A DNA stretch of 64,000 nucleotides, from assembly GCA_016875535.1 (NCBI GenBank), contig VGPF01000002.1, positions 73,856 through 137,855 of the forward strand, written 5' to 3'. The position numbers and the translations under genes are program-made. This DNA is from Chloroflexota bacterium (lineage in GTDB: Bacteria > Chloroflexota > Dehalococcoidia > SHYB01). The notes under the pieces were generated by a model. The model was not told the origin of the DNA. It was given only the letters and a program-made list of their open reading frames with translations, and searched no databases. Within the stretch, counting starts at the first letter, position 1, and every line of letters begins with the position of its first letter. Of this stretch, positions 60,049 through 64,000 are shown piece after piece.

Positions 60049-62742
60049 GTGATCGACTTTGTACGCTATCGGAAATGGTACTTCCGCCTCTCGCTGGTGA
60101 TCGCGGTCGTCTGCATCATCGCTCTGGCCGTCCCCAAGCACCTCCCCTTCGGCCTGGAGTTCTCCAGCGGCAGCTCCATCACCGTTGACTTCAAGGAGCC
60201 CGTTGAGATAGACCAGGTGCGCGCCAAGCTTGCCGCCGTCGGCATCGAAGACGCCACCATCCAGAAGACGGGCGACACTTCCTTCTTCATCCGCACGGAA
60301 ATCATCGAAGAAGGCCTCGCCGCTATCCTGGAAAGGGACTTCGGCAAGGTCACCATCACGAGCCTTGAGGACGATGCGGCGAACCTCGCTTTGAACATCG
60401 TCTTCACGGATGCCGTGCCGCTCCGGGAACTCCGGGAAGGCTTCGGTTCGACGAAGCCCACGGGCCTCATCGCTGAACGCGCGGGAGCCAACACCTACTT
60501 CGTCAGCTCCCTACAACTGAGCAAGGAGACCTTGGATAAGGCCGCCGCCCTCTGGGAGCAGAAGTACGGCAAGACCGAGCGCATCACCTTCGAAGCCGCA
60601 GACGACTTGGCTATCACCATGAAGTTCAAGGCTGCCGTCACAGCGGCCGACGCCTCCAAGGAACTGACCGACCGCGGGATCCAGGGCGTCGTGACCGCCA
60701 ATACAGCCGCCGATACCCTGATTGTCGCCGCGCGCACCGTCACCGCGGAAACCCGCGAGACGCTTATCAAGACCCTCACGGACAAGTTCGGCGAGGCCGA
60801 GCAGGCCCCCTTCCCCTTCGATAAGGGCCAAGCTGTCATCTTCCGCTTCACAGACCCCGTTTCCCTGGAGAGCGTCGTGACCGCCCTTGGCGGCGCCCGG
60901 TTGAGTGAGCTGGCGGGCGAAAACGTGACCCTCTTCCGCCTCAACGATGGCTCTTACATCACAACGGCTTCGGCCATGACGGAGGAAGAGGCGGCCGCCC
61001 TCGTGAAGCGGTTCGAAGATGCCCTGGGAACGGTAACCCGCGTCAATCTGACCGCTCAAGACCTGGCCGTCACGGTGAACTTCGGAGCGGCCTTCAGTCT
61101 AGATACGCTTCGTCAGCATGTGAATCGCTTCGGCGCGGGCAAGGGCTTCTCCGACCCCTTCGGCACAAAGGGCCAGGCCGCCTCCCTCGTTGTTGAAGAG
61201 ATAAGCGCTACGGACCGCGAAGGCCTTCTGACGGCGATCAAGGAGAGCTTCGGCGAGGCCAATCGCACCGTCTTTGACGGCCCGGAGGGCTTCGCCTCCA
61301 TCTTCCGCTTCACGGCGCCTCCGGCAACCGTGACGGCGGCCGACGTAGAGGCTGAGCTGAAGTCCGGCGGCGTAGAGGGCGCTTCTGTGGTTGCCGCAGG
61401 CGAAAACCGCTTCTTCATCGGCATCGCGGCGATTGATACAGGCGCCAAGGCCCTCACTACACAGCGGCTCCAGGGCCGCTTCGGCCCGGCTGAGATAACG
61501 CCCCTAGACCTGACGAAGTCGCTCGCTCTCACCCTCGATTTCGGAGAGCCTTCGATAGCCCGCAACAACCTTGTCGCCTCGATCGAAGATGTCTTCGCTG
61601 AAAAGCAGGTCTCCGTGCTCCACAGCGCCGCCAACACCTTCACCCTCGTCGCGCGCGGCGTCTCAGCGGCCGACCAGGAGAAAATCCTCAAGCAACTCGA
61701 AGGCGAATTCGGCGTTGCGGTGAAGACCCAACTCGTCACCGATGCCGGAAAGGCCTTCACGGTCGCCTTTACTGATAGCGCGAAGGTCTCAGCCGCGGCG
61801 CATGAGTCCTTCATCATCCACAAGACCGGCCCTAACGCCTTCTTCCTTGGCGGCACCAAGGTGTCTGCCACACAACAGGCGGCTGCGCTGCTCGGCCTTG
61901 CCCAGACTCACGGCCCTATCGGCCAAAGCAGCTTCAACTACGTCACAAGTCTCGCGCAGCAGCTCACCTTAACTCGCGCCGTCACACCGGACGAGTTGAA
62001 AGCCGCCATCGAGCCCTTCGGCTACAAGGACACGACGATTGAGGCCCGCGATGGCGGCCTCTTCATCCGAGGTCCGCGCCCGCTCGATGACCAGCGGAGC
62101 ACCATCCTCCGCACCCTTGAGGGGATCGCCCCCATCAACCGCGACACGGTTGAGTTCTCCTCCGTTGACTCGGAGATCGCCAAACGCTCCATCCTCAACA
62201 CCACCTGGGCCGTCCTCGCAGGTATCATCGGCATCCTTATCTACCTCTGGTGGGCCTTCCGGAAAGTGCCCAAGTCCTACCGCTACGGCGTCGTCGCGAC
62301 CATTGCCATGTTTCAGGACGTCCTCATCGTCCTCGGGGCCTTCGGCATCCTCGCCAAATTCACCGAGGTCGAAATCAACTCCCTCATGGTCGTCGGCATC
62401 CTCTCTGTCATCGGCTATAGCGTCAATAACACCATCATCGTCCTCGACCGCATCCGCGAGAATCTCGCCGATAGGACCGCTCGGGATTTTGAAACCTACG
62501 TAAACATCGCACTGAACCAGACCCTCACGCGCAACTTTAACACCAGCATCACCACCCTCATCACCATCCTCGCTGTCCTCTTCTTCGGCGGCCCCACCGT
62601 GCATGACTTCATGTACGTCTTTCTTATCGGTGTGCTCGCGGGCGTTTATAGCTCCCTCTTCATCGCGCCGACGCTCCTTGTCTCCTGGGAGAGGGGCGAG
62701 CTGAGAATGCCGTTCTCCTCCAAAAAGAAGGCGGCGGCCTAG
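60049..62742 (+). CDS. secF: Protein translocase subunit SecF with a greatly expanded extracytoplasmic region
   Basis: GLEFSSG after TM1, C-terminal GYSVNNTIIVLDRIRE, QTLTRN.NTS, GVYSSLFIA; AGGAG RBS; follows secD. Confidence 0.93.
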   Translation: MIDFVRYRKWYFRLSLVIAVVCIIALAVPKHLPFGLEFSSGSSITVDFKEPVEIDQVRAKLAAVGIEDATIQKTGDTSFFIRTEIIEEGLAAILERDFGKVTITSLEDDAANLALNIVFTDAVPLRELREGFGSTKPTGLIAERAGANTYFVSSLQLSKETLDKAAALWEQKYGKTERITFEAADDLAITMKFKAAVTAADASKELTDRGIQGVVTANTAADTLIVAARTVTAETRETLIKTLTDKFGEAEQAPFPFDKGQAVIFRFTDPVSLESVVTALGGARLSELAGENVTLFRLNDGSYITTASAMTEEEAAALVKRFEDALGTVTRVNLTAQDLAVTVNFGAAFSLDTLRQHVNRFGAGKGFSDPFGTKGQAASLVVEEISATDREGLLTAIKESFGEANRTVFDGPEGFASIFRFTAPPATVTAADVEAELKSGGVEGASVVAAGENRFFIGIAAIDTGAKALTTQRLQGRFGPAEITPLDLTKSLALTLDFGEPSIARNNLVASIEDVFAEKQVSVLHSAANTFTLVARGVSAADQEKILKQLEGEFGVAVKTQLVTDAGKAFTVAFTDSAKVSAAAHESFIIHKTGPNAFFLGGTKVSATQQAAALLGLAQTHGPIGQSSFNYVTSLAQQLTLTRAVTPDELKAAIEPFGYKDTTIEARDGGLFIRGPRPLDDQRSTILRTLEGIAPINRDTVEFSSVDSEIAKRSILNTTWAVLAGIIGILIYLWWAFRKVPKSYRYGVVATIAMFQDVLIVLGAFGILAKFTEVEINSLMVVGILSVIGYSVNNTIIVLDRIRENLADRTARDFETYVNIALNQTLTRNFNTSITTLITILAVLFFGGPTVHDFMYVFLIGVLAGVYSSLFIAPTLLVSWERGELRMPFSSKKKAAA

Positions 62743-62804
62743 GCCCGAGTCGAACGCAAGGGAGAACCTGTGTTTGGTGCTCCCGGAGGTGCAGGAGAAG
62801 GCCG

Positions 62805-63677
62805 TTAGCGCCTGCCCGTCTCTTCGCGCACCTGCCGCGTATACGCCTTCTGCAGCTCTCGCGTCACCGGGCCGGGATTGCCGCCGCCGATCGGCCTGCC
62901 GTCCACCTCAACCAGCGGCATCACTTCAATGACGGCGTTGGTGAGAAAGGCCTCTTCCGCCAGCAAAAGCGCCCACCGGAGGAGCTTCCCCTCATGCACG
63001 CGCCGTTCCGTCGAACGGGCCAGTTCAAGGACCGTCTTCCGCGTGACGCCGGGCAGGATGCCGCAACCCAAAGACGGGGTGTACAGCGTGCCCCGTCGCA
63101 CGAAAAAGATATTGCTCGTCGCCCCTTCGGCTACATCGCCCTGCTCATTCAGCAGCAGCGCCTCATCAGCTCCGCTCTCCCTGGCCTCAGCGCGGGCCAT
63201 GAGATGCTCTACGTAGCTCGTCGCCTTGACCCTTGCCGCGCGCGACGTGCTGCTCCTTCGGACGGAGGCGAAGATCGCCGTGTACCCGGATCGAGCGACC
63301 TTTTCAAGGCCGGGAGGAAGCTCAGCGCACGTCACAAAGACGTTCGGCGACCCCTTGGCCGGAAATACCGGCCCGTCGCCCCCGGACCCCGCCGTCACCG
63401 TCACGCGGATCCGCGCCTCTCGAAGCCTGTTGCGGCTCAGAACCCCGGCGATGGCCCCGGCGATAGCTTCACGCTGCCCCCGGATAGCTATGCCGAAGCT
63501 ATCGGTGTTCGCGATGAGCCTGTCCAGGTGATCGCCCAACCGGAAAACGACGCCGTCATAGGCCCGCATCGTATCGAAGACCCCGTGGCCGTAGAGGACG
63601 CCTTGATCAGTGATCGGAAGGCTGGCCCTTTCGATACTCATGTACCGGCCGTTGAGATAGACGATTGGGGATGGCAT
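62805..63677 (-). CDS. Class IV PLP aminotransferase (IlvE/PabC-like)
   Basis: YGHGVFDT, HLDRL, catalytic K in VKATSY, EGATSNIF, ILPGVTR, EAFLTN. Confidence 0.93.
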   Translation of the reverse strand: MPSPIVYLNGRYMSIERASLPITDQGVLYGHGVFDTMRAYDGVVFRLGDHLDRLIANTDSFGIAIRGQREAIAGAIAGVLSRNRLREARIRVTVTAGSGGDGPVFPAKGSPNVFVTCAELPPGLEKVARSGYTAIFASVRRSSTSRAARVKATSYVEHLMARAEARESGADEALLLNEQGDVAEGATSNIFFVRRGTLYTPSLGCGILPGVTRKTVLELARSTERRVHEGKLLRWALLLAEEAFLTNAVIEVMPLVEVDGRPIGGGNPGPVTRELQKAYTRQVREETGRR

Positions 63678-63782
63678 TGGGGCTCCTTGCAGTCTTTATT
63701 CTACGGCACACCCTATGTTTCGCCTTGTTCCCCCCTCTGGCGCTATGCTACGATTCCCCGGCACTGCATCCAAGGACACCTC

Positions 63783-64000
63783 ATGAAAGCCGAAATCATT
63801 TCCATTGGGACCGAACTCCTGCTCGGCGAAATCACGGATACCAACGCCGCCTACCTCTCCTCCGAACTGCCCGCCTTGGGCATAGACCTCTTTTACGTCT
63901 CCCAGGTCGGCGACAATATGGACCGCCTCTACGAAGTCTTTCACCGCGGCTGGTCCCGTTCCGATATCCTCCTCTGCACCGGCGGTCTCGGCCCCACTGA
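63783..64000 (+). CDS. cinA: Competence/damage-inducible protein CinA (runs off the window end)
   Basis: MKAEIISIGTELLLGEITDTNAAYLS..VGDN..TGGLGPT; AAGGA RBS. Confidence 0.93.
   Translation, partial: MKAEIISIGTELLLGEITDTNAAYLSSELPALGIDLFYVSQVGDNMDRLYEVFHRGWSRSDILLCTGGLGPT

Overview
GC-rich chromosomal segment. The 16S rRNA sequence and gene content point to a Chloroflexota bacterium, probably Dehalococcoidia/SAR202-like (inference). Most genes are housekeeping (asd, dapB, pnp, rpsO, aroA, tyrA, coaBC, coaX, nnr, acpS, metF, folD, queA, clpC, rpsA, trmD, rplS, priA, def, secD/secF), mixed with catabolic paralogues (double-domain CoA-transferase, two amidohydrolases, hot-dog dehydratase, thiolase). 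Most unusual signals: (1) a SecF whose extracytoplasmic P4 module appears about nine times in tandem, with Asn in place of the conserved transmembrane Asp; (2) a gene-free stretch at about 19.16-19.77 kb holding a near-consensus promoter with a palindromic operator, an attenuator-like switch, an unidentified ~350-nt closed multibranch RNA structure and a strong SD followed by ATG-TAG; (3) a DsbA/FrnE-like selenoprotein (UPWC) missed by the ORF track; (4) a CC-adding-type tRNA nucleotidyltransferase that seems to start at ATC; (5) dispersed rRNA genes, with a solo 16S, a solo 5S on its own promoter and a separate tRNA-Ala; (6) an AT-richer DUF2075/Schlafen-like nuclease-helicase insert and an accessory block after tRNA-Ala. 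All calls come from reading the sequence by eye. No database searches or folding programs were run.
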